Source of the DNA: Gemmatimonadales bacterium
GTDB taxonomy: Bacteria > Gemmatimonadota > Gemmatimonadetes > Gemmatimonadales > GWC2-71-9
Direction: 5' to 3'
Length of the DNA stretch: 64,000 nt
Assembly (NCBI GenBank): GCA_965249575.1
Contig: OZ252244.1
Coordinates: forward strand, 2,400,001-2,464,000
Shown here one piece after another: positions 32,943-43,023 of the stretch (position 1 is its first letter; each line of letters starts with the position of its first letter). The translations under genes were made by a program, and so were the position numbers. The notes beneath the pieces were generated by a model, which saw only the letters and a program-made list of their open reading frames with translations, was not told where the DNA came from and ran no database searches.

Positions 32943-33974
32943 TCATTCCCCCGTGTTCGTGCTATCGTCCCCGCGCTTTCCCTTTCGCCGCCGCCTCTTG
33001 CGCTTGCGCACGCGCCGCGGTGTGACCGCCTCGAGAGCCTGTTGGGTAGTGACGGCGGATGGTCCTTCGTCGAAGGTGACCAAGGCCGACGGCGGCTGGG
33101 CTTCCTTCGGACCGCCGCGAGGTTGCTCGACCGTGGCCATGGCTTCCTTCAGCTCTTCGAGGCCGACCCAACGCGTTCCCCCCTCTTGGGCGCGTGTGAG
33201 GACCCGCTCTCGGAATATGTCGACCGACTCCACTTTGACGGTTCCTTGAGACGTGTTGAGCGTCCGTCCTTCTTTCGGGAAGCGCTTCCGGGTGGTGACG
33301 TAATACTCGTGCTCGTACCGGAGGCAGCAGAGCAGCCTGCCGCATCCTCCGGAGATCTGCGCCGGATTCAGGGAGAGGCGCTGATCCTTGGCGAGACTCA
33401 GGCTCACCGGCCGGAGCTCTGGGAGCCACGACGAGCAACAGTATTGCCGTCCGCAGCGCCCGACGCCATCTAGGCGCTTGGCCTCGTCCCGGGCACCGAT
33501 CTGACGCAGTTCGATGCGCGTACGGAACAACGAGGCGAGGTCCCGAACCAACGCCCGAAAGTCGACGCGCGTCTCGGCGGTGAAATAGATCGTGAGCTTC
33601 TTCCGATCCCACTGCCATTCCGCATCGGAGACCTTGATGTTCAGCTTGTGGGATTGGGCCCGTTCGATCACCTTCCTCCGAACGTCCTCTTCGGCTTTGC
33701 GAAGCTCGTTGCTGAGGTGGGTATCGTCACTGGAAGCCAGCCGTAGGGCTTTCCCTGTTGGGGTAGTAGGTTGGCCCGCGCCGCACCCGTTGCATCCCAC
33801 GCCACACTTGCGCTCGGCGGTTTCCCCTACTGCGGCCACTCGCCCGAGGTCACGCCCCCGCTCGACCTCGACCACCACCGCATCCCCCACGGTGGGGGTA
33901 GTCTCGGCCTCCCACGTGAAGAAATCCTTCCGCCCGCCCTTGAAACGAACCTCGATAAGCTCCGGCAATCTCAT
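32943..33974 (-). CDS. PSP1-domain / RicT (YaaT)-like protein
   Basis: RVDFRALVRDLA, RIELRQIGARDEAK, CGRQYCC and SGGCGRLLCCLRYE. Confidence 0.93.
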   Translation of the reverse strand: MRLPELIEVRFKGGRKDFFTWEAETTPTVGDAVVVEVERGRDLGRVAAVGETAERKCGVGCNGCGAGQPTTPTGKALRLASSDDTHLSNELRKAEEDVRRKVIERAQSHKLNIKVSDAEWQWDRKKLTIYFTAETRVDFRALVRDLASLFRTRIELRQIGARDEAKRLDGVGRCGRQYCCSSWLPELRPVSLSLAKDQRLSLNPAQISGGCGRLLCCLRYEHEYYVTTRKRFPKEGRTLNTSQGTVKVESVDIFRERVLTRAQEGGTRWVGLEELKEAMATVEQPRGGPKEAQPPSALVTFDEGPSAVTTQQALEAVTPRRVRKRKRRRRKGKRGDDSTNTGE

Positions 33975-34933
33975 CCCTCCGCGAATGCGCCGATCTTAAG
34001 GTACTTCTCGGTGCGCAAAGACAGCCGCTTGGACGGTTCGATGTCCTCCAGAGATCGTATGTGCCGCTGCAAGACGTCGCGCAGGGTTCGGGCGGCGGTA
34101 TCCGGGTCGGCGTGAGCGCCGCCGGGCGGCTCGGGCACGATTTCGTCGATCACGCCGAGTGAGAGGAGGTCTCGTGCCGTGATTCGGAGGGCGTCAGCGG
34201 CCCGCGTTTTGAGCGAGGCGTCATTCCAGAGAATCGCTGCGCAGCCCTCCGGCGAAATCACTGAATAGACCGCGTTCTCCAGCATGAGCACTTGGTCCGC
34301 CAGGGCCAGTGCCAGTGCCCCGCCTGATCCGCCCTCGCCCACGATGACCGCGACCAGGCTGGTGTTCAGCGTGGCCATCGCCTCGAGATTGCGCGCGATG
34401 GCCTCGGCCTGTCCGCGCTCTTCCGCGCCGAGCCCGGGGTACGCTCCGGGGGTGTCGATCAGCGTAATCACTGGAACTCGAAACCGCTCGGCTTGTTGCA
34501 TGAGGCGCAGCGCCTTGCGGTATCCCTCGGGGTGGGGCATTCCGAAGTTCCGGCGCAGGTTTTCCTTCGTGTCCCGCCCCTTTTGGTGGCCGATGACGAC
34601 GACCGGACGACCCCCGAGACGGGCCCACCCGGCGACGATCGCGGGGTCGTCGCGATAGAGACGGTCACCCCTCAGCTCGATGAAGTCGGTGAACGTCGCC
34701 GCGAGGTAGTCGAGCGTGTACGGCCTGCGTGGATGCCGCGCGACCTGGACCCGCTGCATGGGCGTGAGCCCTAGGTAGATCTCCTTCCGCATATCCGCGA
34801 GCCGCGTCTCGAGGGGCTCGATTTCGCGTTGCATATCGAGGGCCCGGTCGCGACCGAGATGTCGCAGTTGCGCGATCTGCCGTTCCAGCTCGAGGAGGGG
34901 CTTCTCAAATTCCAGATCGAACGTTATCGCCAC
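33971..34933 (-). CDS. accA: Acetyl-CoA carboxylase carboxyltransferase alpha subunit
   Basis: LEFEKPL, ARHPRRP, NFGMPHPEGYRKA and GEGGSGGA. Confidence 0.98.
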   Translation of the reverse strand: MAITFDLEFEKPLLELERQIAQLRHLGRDRALDMQREIEPLETRLADMRKEIYLGLTPMQRVQVARHPRRPYTLDYLAATFTDFIELRGDRLYRDDPAIVAGWARLGGRPVVVIGHQKGRDTKENLRRNFGMPHPEGYRKALRLMQQAERFRVPVITLIDTPGAYPGLGAEERGQAEAIARNLEAMATLNTSLVAVIVGEGGSGGALALALADQVLMLENAVYSVISPEGCAAILWNDASLKTRAADALRITARDLLSLGVIDEIVPEPPGGAHADPDTAARTLRDVLQRHIRSLEDIEPSKRLSLRTEKYLKIGAFAEG

Positions 34934-34940
34934 GGGGGCG

Positions 34941-37900
34941 CTACCTCGCTTTGACCAGGCGCACGCGCTCGGCGCCCAGAAGTTCTCGGAGCGCGCTGAG
35001 AAACTCGTCCTCAAGTTCGACCCGAAGCCGGCGGGAACGCAACCGCGCCGTTTCACCGTTCCCGTCACCCCACTCGACGAAGACGGGGGCCGCGCCGGGG
35101 TGCGCGGCGCATAGGGCAGCCACGGCCCCGGCAATGCCGGGATCGGGACCGGATCCCTCACTCCACTTCATGGCGATGCCCACGGCGCCGTTGGTGCGCA
35201 ACCCCTCCAGAGGCTGCGCGGCTTCGACGATGAACGGTGCGCGGTCTTCGCCGCGGTCGCGGGCGCTGTAGCCGCCGGTCAGAAGGAGCGCCGTGTCCTG
35301 GATGATGATGCTCGACAGCCTGCTCCAACTGTCGGGAAACACGATTGCCTCGGCCGTGCCGTGAAAATCCTCGATCGTCAGCCGGGCATACTCCGATCCG
35401 GTCTTCCGGCTGACCTGTCGCTTGACCGTCGTCACCACGCCGGCCACGGAGACTTGGTGCTCGCTCCACGAGCTCAGCGTGCGTGTGGTTCGTGTGCCGA
35501 AGAGCGTTACTTCGTCCCGAAACCGCTCGAGCGGGTGTCCGGAGATGAAGAACCCGATCACCTCCTTTTCTTTTGTCAGCCGTTCGGCCTCCGACCAGGG
35601 CGGGGCACCCGGAAGCTCCGCGGCAGTGGGCGCTGCGGTCGCGGGCACGCCGTCGCCAAACAGGGAAGCCTGACCGGCATCTCGTTCCGCCTGCCGGAGC
35701 TGGGCCTCGCCGAGCGTTTGATCGATCGCCGCGGCGAGTTGTGCGCGGTGACCGTCGAATTCGTCGAACGCGCCGGCTGCGATGATCGATTCGAGTACGC
35801 GCTTGTTGCAGACCTTCAAGTCCACCCGCTCGCAGAAATCATGGAGGGATCGGTAGGGGCCTCCCTCCTCCCGTCCCGCGAGGATCGACTCAATAGCCGT
35901 CCGGCCGACGTTCCTGATCGCACCCAGCCCAAAGCGGATCTCATGATCCCCGGTCACCGTGAACTTCCACCGGGACGTGTTGACGGACGGCGGTAGCACA
36001 TTGATGTCGAGCTCGCGGCACTCGTTGATCCGTTCCACGACAGTGTCTGTGTCGCCGATCTCCGACGAAAGCAGCGCCGCCATGAACTCGGGTGGATAGT
36101 GAGCCTTGAGCCAGGCGGTCTGGAACGAGAGCACGCTGTACGCCACACTGTGCGACTTGTTGAATCCGTAGCGCCCGAAGGTCTCGATTTGAGATGCGAT
36201 GAGCTCAATGGCTCGGCGGTCGTGTCCCAGGTCGACGGCCCGCTCGACGAAGCGCGCCAGCTCCGCTTGGATCAAGTCCTTGTCCTTCTTACCCACGGCT
36301 TTGCGCAACACGTCTGCTTCACCGAGGGTATAACCAGCCAAAACATTCGCGATTCGCATCACCTGTTCCTGGTACACGATCACGCCGTATGTCGGCTCGA
36401 GCACTCCACGAAGGGCCTCGTGCGGATACCGCACGGCCTCTTCGCCCCGCTTCCGCCGGATGAATACCAGGTGCATCCCCGAGTCGAGCGGTCCGGGACG
36501 CACGAGTGCGTTGGTCGCAACCAGATCGTCAAAGCGATCGCAGTGCAGCTGGCGGAGCGTATCCGTGGCCAACTGCGATTCGAATTGGAAGACGCCCGCG
36601 GTCCGTCCGGCCCGCAGCAGCTCGTAAACCGGCGGGTCGTCGAGGTCGAGCCCATCCAGCTCGATTCTGGTCCCATGCCGCTCCTCGACGATCTCGGTCG
36701 CATCGTGGATCACTGTGAGCGTCTTGAGGCCCAAGAAGTCCATCTTGAGCATGCCGACCTGCTCGAGTCCCACCATGTCGTACTGCGTGATGATGGCGTC
36801 CGCGGCTCCGTTGCCGGCAGCCCCACTCCGTTGCGGCGCTGTGCAGACAGGGACGTAGTCTTCCAGGGGGCCCGGGGCGATCACGATCCCGGCGGCGTGG
36901 ACCGATGCGTGACGGGACAGACCCTCGATGCGCTGAGCGAGATCGACCAGGCGGGCGATCGTACCATCTTCACGCGCCAGCTGTGTCAGCTCGGGCACGC
37001 GGCTCACCGCATCGGCCACCGTCAGGGCATATCCGGGCGTCGACGGGATCAACTTCGCGAGCCGGTCCGCGTCGGCGGGTGCCACGCGCAGCACTCTCGC
37101 GATGTCACGAACGGCGGCACGCGCCTTGAGGGTGCCGAACGTGATGATCTGGCCGACGCTCGACCGCCCGTAGCGCTCACGCACATAGTCGATTACCTCG
37201 CCGCGGCGCTCGAAGCAGAAGTCCACGTCGATATCGGGCATCGAGATCCGCTCGGGATTGAGGAAGCGCTCAAAGAGCAGATCGAATCGCAGGGGATCGA
37301 CGTTGGTGATGTGAAGAGCGTACGCGACGACCGAGCCGGCAGCCGACCCGCGCCCGGGACCCACCGGAATCCCCCGTTCCCGCGCCGCGCGGATGAAGTC
37401 GTACACGATGAGGAAGTATCCGGCGTACCCGGTCTTGGTGATTACCCCAAGCTCGTAGTCGAGCCGCGCTTTGACATCCTCGGGCAGCGGTGAACCGTAC
37501 CGGGCCATCGCTCCCTCGGTCGCCAGCTCCACCAGGAGGTCATTGTCAGAGATGTTCCGGTCCGAGCGCGGAAACTCTGGCAAGAAGTAGCCCTTGTCGA
37601 AGTCGAACTCGCACCGATCGGCCACCCGCTCGGTGTTCGTGATGAGGTCGTCCCGCGTGGGGAAGAGCTCCCGCATCTCCTTCTCGCTCTTGAGGTAGCT
37701 CTCCTCTCCCTCGAATCGGAACCGATTCGGGTCGTCCAAGTCCTTGCCGGTGCCAATCGCGAGCAGAATGTCGTGCGCCTGGGCGTCCTCACGCCGGAGG
37801 TAATGGGCGTCGTTGGTCGCTACGACGGGGAGCCCGAGCTCGTCGGCAAGCCGAAGCATCCCCTCCGAGACGATCCGTTCGTCGGCTATACCGTGGTCCT

Positions 37901-38429
37901 GAACCTCGAGCCAGAATCCATGCGGCCCGAACGTGCTGGCAAACCACTCAGCGGACTGCCGCGCCTGGTCGAAATTGCCCTGTCGAAGCCAAATCGAGAT
38001 CTCCCCGGACAAACAGGCCGCGAGGCAGACGATACCGTCGGCGTGCGCCGCCAAGACCTCTCGATCGATGCGGGGACGCCGGTAATATCCCTCCAGAAAC
38101 CCGATGGAGGAGAGCCTGATGAGATTCTGGTAGCCCGTCCGGTTCCGCGCGAGAAGCACGAGGTGCGAGTAATTGGCAGGTGCGTTAGGCAGTCGCTCCC
38201 GCGCGTGTCGCGAACCGAACGCGAGGTATGCCTCGAACCCCAGGATGGGACGGATACCGGCCGCTCTGGCCTCCCGATAGAAAACGCAGGCGGCATGGAG
38301 GTTGCCGTGATCCGTGATGGCGAGGCTGTCCATACCCAGCTCACGCGTCCGGTCCACCAGGTCCTTGATCCGGTTGGCACCGTCGAGCAGGGAGTATTCG
38401 GAATGTGTGTGGAGGTGAACGAACGTCAT
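34941..38429 (-). CDS. dnaE: DNA polymerase III alpha subunit
   Basis: PHP domain HLHTHSEYSLLDG, GPGRGSAAGS, MPDIDVDF and YGFNKSH; normal length with no intein evident. Confidence 0.99.
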   Translation of the reverse strand: MTFVHLHTHSEYSLLDGANRIKDLVDRTRELGMDSLAITDHGNLHAACVFYREARAAGIRPILGFEAYLAFGSRHARERLPNAPANYSHLVLLARNRTGYQNLIRLSSIGFLEGYYRRPRIDREVLAAHADGIVCLAACLSGEISIWLRQGNFDQARQSAEWFASTFGPHGFWLEVQDHGIADERIVSEGMLRLADELGLPVVATNDAHYLRREDAQAHDILLAIGTGKDLDDPNRFRFEGEESYLKSEKEMRELFPTRDDLITNTERVADRCEFDFDKGYFLPEFPRSDRNISDNDLLVELATEGAMARYGSPLPEDVKARLDYELGVITKTGYAGYFLIVYDFIRAARERGIPVGPGRGSAAGSVVAYALHITNVDPLRFDLLFERFLNPERISMPDIDVDFCFERRGEVIDYVRERYGRSSVGQIITFGTLKARAAVRDIARVLRVAPADADRLAKLIPSTPGYALTVADAVSRVPELTQLAREDGTIARLVDLAQRIEGLSRHASVHAAGIVIAPGPLEDYVPVCTAPQRSGAAGNGAADAIITQYDMVGLEQVGMLKMDFLGLKTLTVIHDATEIVEERHGTRIELDGLDLDDPPVYELLRAGRTAGVFQFESQLATDTLRQLHCDRFDDLVATNALVRPGPLDSGMHLVFIRRKRGEEAVRYPHEALRGVLEPTYGVIVYQEQVMRIANVLAGYTLGEADVLRKAVGKKDKDLIQAELARFVERAVDLGHDRRAIELIASQIETFGRYGFNKSHSVAYSVLSFQTAWLKAHYPPEFMAALLSSEIGDTDTVVERINECRELDINVLPPSVNTSRWKFTVTGDHEIRFGLGAIRNVGRTAIESILAGREEGGPYRSLHDFCERVDLKVCNKRVLESIIAAGAFDEFDGHRAQLAAAIDQTLGEAQLRQAERDAGQASLFGDGVPATAAPTAAELPGAPPWSEAERLTKEKEVIGFFISGHPLERFRDEVTLFGTRTTRTLSSWSEHQVSVAGVVTTVKRQVSRKTGSEYARLTIEDFHGTAEAIVFPDSWSRLSSIIIQDTALLLTGGYSARDRGEDRAPFIVEAAQPLEGLRTNGAVGIAMKWSEGSGPDPGIAGAVAALCAAHPGAAPVFVEWGDGNGETARLRSRRLRVELEDEFLSALRELLGAERVRLVKAR

Positions 38430-38544
38430 CTATCCGCCTGCACAGGCCCACCCGAATCGAGCAGTCCTGGGTAGAGAACGGTCTGGGAGCTCGGCCGCGA
38501 TGGTCGGCCGCCCACGTGTCCCATTCGCGGGCGCCCGACTGTTA

Positions 38545-38573
38545 AGCTTACGCGAAGCATGGAGCGTTGTCAA
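38545..38573 (-). promoter_or_regulatory. Sigma-70-type promoter for the dnaE operon
   Basis: TTGACA-N17-TAAGCT. Confidence 0.65.
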
Positions 38574-38759
38574 AACTCGCGTTCGCTGCGTATGTTCCTC
38601 CTCCACAGAGAGTTACGACATCGTCGGGGACCCGCGGCGGGGAGTGCTTCGTTGGCGTGGGCCGCCGAAGGCTTTGGCTCCCGCAGCGGCGCCACGAGAA
38701 CACGTGATCGCGGACAGGGTAAAGTGGACATCCGTGCACCAGCCAAGAGGGGAGTGCTG

Positions 38760-40940
38760 TTGAAGCGCCGTTTGATTCCCGTGCTGCTCGTACCGCTCAT
38801 CGGCTGTTGGGGAGTCGACGAGGGGGGCACGCCGAGGCCTGATGCCATCTCGCGTGTGGCCGAGTCGGACAACCAGATCGGGGTGGTGGGTGGCCGGCTC
38901 TCCCGCCCCCTGGCAGTCGACGTGCGGGCGGCCGATGGGTCGGTAACGCCCCGGGCGGCGGTGCGGTGGATTGTCGTCTCGGCAACGGGCGGGACCCTCT
39001 CGGATTCGCTCACAGTGGCGGACGGCACGGGTCGAGCGCTCGTCGACTATACCCTGGGGCAGACCGTAGGGCCATACACGGTACGGGCTGAGCTGGTCGA
39101 GAATCGCGACCGTTGGGTCACGCTGTCCGCGACTGGAGCGGCAGCTCCAGTGCTGACCGCCGTGTCCCCGCAGGCATTTCAAGGCGGCGATTCGGTGACT
39201 CTCCTCGGTACCGGGCTCGACGCTGCGCGGCTTTCGATTGAGGTCGGTGGCGTGCCCGCCCGCATCGTGTCCGCCGCTGGCTCGGCGACCACGTTCGTCG
39301 CGCCGTCGTGCCTCGCGCCGGGGTCCGTCACCTTGCGCGCCAGGCTTGAGACGGCGACCAGCAACGGCCTCCAGGCTCAGTACGTATCGTCCGCTACCCC
39401 CCTCGCGCTCCAAGTGGGGGACTACGTGTCCGTCGCGTCCGACCAGTTGGCTGGATGTGCGACCCTACCGGACGCCGGTCCGGCCGGAGCTGAATACGTC
39501 GTCGCACCGCAGTCTGTGACCGGCTCTCCGGGCCTGAGCGCGGCGTACCGTTTGACGGGGGATTCGATCACCGTGGTGACCGCGCTCCCGCCCGCGGCTC
39601 CGGCCGGCGCCATGCCGGTCAAGCAGACCTTTCACGATTTCCTGCGACGCACCGAGGAGAGCCTCGCGGGGCCGAGGAGGCGGCCGCAACCTGCAGCGGC
39701 TCCCGCAGCTCCGGCCTACGCCCAGCCGCTCGAGGTCGGCGATCAACGCACGTTTCGGGTATGCAGCACGGTGACCTGCAGCCTCGTACCGGATTTCACG
39801 GAGGTCACCGGGGAGGCAGTGTACGTCGGCGATCATGCAGCCATCTACTTGGACCTCAACGCGCCTCCGGGCGGCATGACGCAAGAGGATCTCACCGAGC
39901 TCGGTACCCTTTTCGACCAGGAGCTCTACGACGTCGATACCCGGGCATTTGGATCCGAATCGGATATCGACGAAGACGGTGTCGTCGCAATACTGATGAG
40001 CCCCGTCGTCAACGCGCTTACCCCGGCGACGGACTGCTCCTCCGCGATCATCACCGGGTTCTTCTTCGCAATCGATATCGATCCCGGGTTGGTCGATGAC
40101 GAGCGGTCGAACCAGGCCGAGGTCTTCTACACGATCGTACCCGATCCGACCGGCTCGGTGCGGTGCCCCTTGACGCCCGGTTTCGTCAAGCGGCAGGTCC
40201 CGGTGACCTTCGCGCACGAGTTCCAGCACATGATCAGCTTCAATCAGCACGTCTTGGTGCGCGGCGGCAACGTCGAGCTGCTCTGGCTGAACGAGGCGAT
40301 GTCGCACCTAGGCGAAGAGCTCGCGGCGCAGCGGTTCCGGGATCTGGGCGACGAAGATCGCTTCTCACAGTTCGTTTTCGCGAACCTCTCCAATGCCTAC
40401 CGTTACTTGGAAGCGCCGGGCCTCTTCTATACCATCCCTTCGATGGGAACCGGCAGCCTGGAAGAGCGGGGGTCGGCCTGGCTGTTCCTGCGTTGGCTCG
40501 TGGACCAGTTCGGAAACGAGCTGCCGCGTCGCCTGTCGGAGACCAAGCGCACTGGGGAGGCGAACGTGGCGTTTGCCACCGGTGAGCCGATGACGAGGCT
40601 ACTCGGGCAATGGTTCATGGCGAACTACGTCTCCGACCTGCCCGGTTTCGTGGCCCCTCAGCGCCTCACGTACGACGCGTGGGCGTTGCGGACCACGTAC
40701 AGAGAGCTCAACAGTCAAAGGCCGCAGGATTTTCGCAGGTCGTTCCCCCTCCGGCCGATCGTCTTGAGCGGTGGCGCCTTCCAACCACGACTGGGAACGC
40801 TCTTCTCTGGTTCTGGCGACTACTTTCGCGTCGTCCAGGCGCCGGGCCAACCCGGGTTTACCCTGCGCATGACCAGCGGCTCCGGCGCGCCGCTGACCAG
40901 TGTAGTAGTGCCGCGGTTGAACGTGATCCGCGTTCGTTGA
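38760..40940 (+). CDS. Surface lipoprotein with Ig-like and IPT/TIG domains and an M30-like zinc peptidase domain
   Basis: TTG start after AGGGGAG, lipobox LIGC, IPT motif PVLTAVSP..GDSVTLLG and AHEFQHMI...WLNEAMSH. Confidence 0.85.
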   Translation: MKRRLIPVLLVPLIGCWGVDEGGTPRPDAISRVAESDNQIGVVGGRLSRPLAVDVRAADGSVTPRAAVRWIVVSATGGTLSDSLTVADGTGRALVDYTLGQTVGPYTVRAELVENRDRWVTLSATGAAAPVLTAVSPQAFQGGDSVTLLGTGLDAARLSIEVGGVPARIVSAAGSATTFVAPSCLAPGSVTLRARLETATSNGLQAQYVSSATPLALQVGDYVSVASDQLAGCATLPDAGPAGAEYVVAPQSVTGSPGLSAAYRLTGDSITVVTALPPAAPAGAMPVKQTFHDFLRRTEESLAGPRRRPQPAAAPAAPAYAQPLEVGDQRTFRVCSTVTCSLVPDFTEVTGEAVYVGDHAAIYLDLNAPPGGMTQEDLTELGTLFDQELYDVDTRAFGSESDIDEDGVVAILMSPVVNALTPATDCSSAIITGFFFAIDIDPGLVDDERSNQAEVFYTIVPDPTGSVRCPLTPGFVKRQVPVTFAHEFQHMISFNQHVLVRGGNVELLWLNEAMSHLGEELAAQRFRDLGDEDRFSQFVFANLSNAYRYLEAPGLFYTIPSMGTGSLEERGSAWLFLRWLVDQFGNELPRRLSETKRTGEANVAFATGEPMTRLLGQWFMANYVSDLPGFVAPQRLTYDAWALRTTYRELNSQRPQDFRRSFPLRPIVLSGGAFQPRLGTLFSGSGDYFRVVQAPGQPGFTLRMTSGSGAPLTSVVVPRLNVIRVR

Positions 40941-40972
40941 GCGTTACGAGACCAGGTTCCAGGTCTGCAAGC

Positions 40973-41881
40973 ATGCACACTGCCGGACGCGAGGCGTTTC
41001 CAGCGAGGAGCCGCCGGCCGGCGCGCTGGGTCACCCTGCTCATATTCGTCCCGATTCAACTCACCGCTCAACTTGGTCCTCCGTCGCGCGCCGCACTCAC
41101 CGTGCGGAATGCGGGTTTGAACGGAGCCGGCGCCGCGCTCGTCGGTGACGCCGGCGCCGTCTTCAGCAATCCTGCCGCGTTGGCGACCATCTCACACTTC
41201 GCGGTGGAAGCGGGATATCGACGGGCACCGGCCGACGGGTACGTGATCAACGGCGCCCTCGCCGGGCGGATCCGGCAATTCGATCTCGGGGGAGGTATCC
41301 AGTACGTCGACTTGGGTCTGGGTCCGTCGTCTCAGGCGACGAGCTACGAAGTCTTGGGAGTGGGTTCTGCGGTGTATCGGTTCGGGCTCATGGCCCTCGG
41401 TGCTTCGGCGAAGCTGGCGCGGCGGTCGACCCTGACCGCCGGCGAGCAGCGCGGCGCCAGCGCCGATGTCGGCGTTGCGATCGCCGTCTTCGACATCATG
41501 GCCCTGGCGTTCTCGGTGCAGAACGTCCGAGGCAACTGGGATGATACCGGCGGGCTTCCCATGCCGCGTTTGTCTCGGTTCGGGTTTACCATGAACTATG
41601 TCGATCCACAGGAAACCTTCCGGCTCCTGTCGACGCTCGAGGTGCAATGGCCCGAAGGGAGCGGGTCCCGGCTCGTGCTCGGCGCTGAAGGAGGCATCGT
41701 GGTGACCGGCGTCGGCGTGATAGGTCGTGTGGCCTATGGCTCTCGCCCCACCGGTGTCGGTGCGGCGATGACGTACGGGGGGAGCCTGGCACTCAGCCGA
41801 GGGACGATCGACTATGCCTACGTGTCCCCGCTTATTCCCGGCGACTCGAGGCACCGGATCGGGATGAGGCTGACATTCTGA
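40973..41881 (+). CDS. PorV/UPF0164/FadL-like outer-membrane barrel
   Basis: RNAGLNGAGAALVGDAGAVFSNPAAL; C-terminal IDYAY...HRIGMRLTF. Confidence 0.7.
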   Translation: MHTAGREAFPARSRRPARWVTLLIFVPIQLTAQLGPPSRAALTVRNAGLNGAGAALVGDAGAVFSNPAALATISHFAVEAGYRRAPADGYVINGALAGRIRQFDLGGGIQYVDLGLGPSSQATSYEVLGVGSAVYRFGLMALGASAKLARRSTLTAGEQRGASADVGVAIAVFDIMALAFSVQNVRGNWDDTGGLPMPRLSRFGFTMNYVDPQETFRLLSTLEVQWPEGSGSRLVLGAEGGIVVTGVGVIGRVAYGSRPTGVGAAMTYGGSLALSRGTIDYAYVSPLIPGDSRHRIGMRLTF

Positions 41882-41913
41882 GCGAGAAAGGCCGGGGCAA
41901 CTGGCGCCGCCGG

Positions 41914-43023
41914 ATGTTGTTCGCCGCAATGGTTGGCGGTGGGGCGGCCCTGTTGGGTGGCCTGCTCCTGGTAACGTTCAGCCGGGAGGTGCGCTTCGTG
42001 CTCCGAGCGGCGTATGAGGAAGCCGGAATTCTCCTCAGGCGAAGGTCGTTGGACGACGTGCTCGCGGATTCGAGGACGGATCGTGACCTCCAGATCGCCA
42101 TCGGCCTCGTCAAGGCCGCCCGGGTGTTCGGCCAGCGGTCGGTCGGCTTGGAAGTCGGCGAGACCTACACGACGTATAGCCCAGTTGACCGAGACACGCT
42201 CTTGCTTGTCCTCACCGCCAGTCCTCGCAATCGCCTCACGCAGCACGTTTGGCGATACCCGATCGTCGGCTCGATTCCCTACAAAGGGTTCTTTGATCGC
42301 GACGCCGCCCGCCGCGAGGCCGCCTTCCTCGAAGAGCGTGATTACGACACCTACCTTCGGCCGGCCGGCGCCTTCTCCACACTTGGGTGGTTCAACGATC
42401 CTCTTCTCTCGACCGCGGTATCCCGTGACTCAGTGCAGATCGTCGCGACGGTGCTTCACGAGGTCACCCACAACAGCCTGTACGTGCCCAGCGCGGTCGA
42501 TTTCAACGAAAGTCTCGCGCAATTCGTTGGCTACCGATCGACGGAGCTGTTTTTTCGAGAGCGCGGGTCACCCGCAGCGGCGGATCGGGCAGCGGCCATC
42601 TGGCGCGACGAAAAACGGCTGGGCAAGTTCTACGAAACGTTGGCCAGATCACTAGACTCCCTGTACGAGAGCATACAGGGCGGATCCGACCCGATGGCCC
42701 GACGGGAGGGCCTGTTTCAAGCAGCGCGGCAAGCGTTCACCGGCGACTGGGGGAAAAGCCTGGAGGTGTACGATCCGTCGCGGCTAGCGGCCAGGCCCCT
42801 GAACAACGCAAGCGTCATTGCCGCACGGATATATCGCACTCGGCTTGCCCTGTTTGACCACGTGTTCGAGGCGCAGGGTGCAGACCTGCGAAGCACGCTC
42901 GCCAGGATCGTGCGTTCGGTTCGCGAGGCGCCCAATCGAGATCCCTACGACGTTCTCGCGGAGCTTGGCAAGGGGGATGGAATCAGTGTCCGCGAAGCTG
43001 CTCGGCCTCGGCGACCCGTTTGA
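41914..43023 (+). CDS. Putative zinc aminopeptidase (DUF2265-like)
   Basis: W.YPIVGSIPYKGFF, AFSTLGWFNDP, HEVTH and FNES. Confidence 0.88.
   Translation: MLFAAMVGGGAALLGGLLLVTFSREVRFVLRAAYEEAGILLRRRSLDDVLADSRTDRDLQIAIGLVKAARVFGQRSVGLEVGETYTTYSPVDRDTLLLVLTASPRNRLTQHVWRYPIVGSIPYKGFFDRDAARREAAFLEERDYDTYLRPAGAFSTLGWFNDPLLSTAVSRDSVQIVATVLHEVTHNSLYVPSAVDFNESLAQFVGYRSTELFFRERGSPAAADRAAAIWRDEKRLGKFYETLARSLDSLYESIQGGSDPMARREGLFQAARQAFTGDWGKSLEVYDPSRLAARPLNNASVIAARIYRTRLALFDHVFEAQGADLRSTLARIVRSVREAPNRDPYDVLAELGKGDGISVREAARPRRPV

Noticed and set aside
34941..38429. Intein in DnaE
   Set aside because: The length (1162 aa) and continuous motifs leave no room for one, and no splice motifs were seen.
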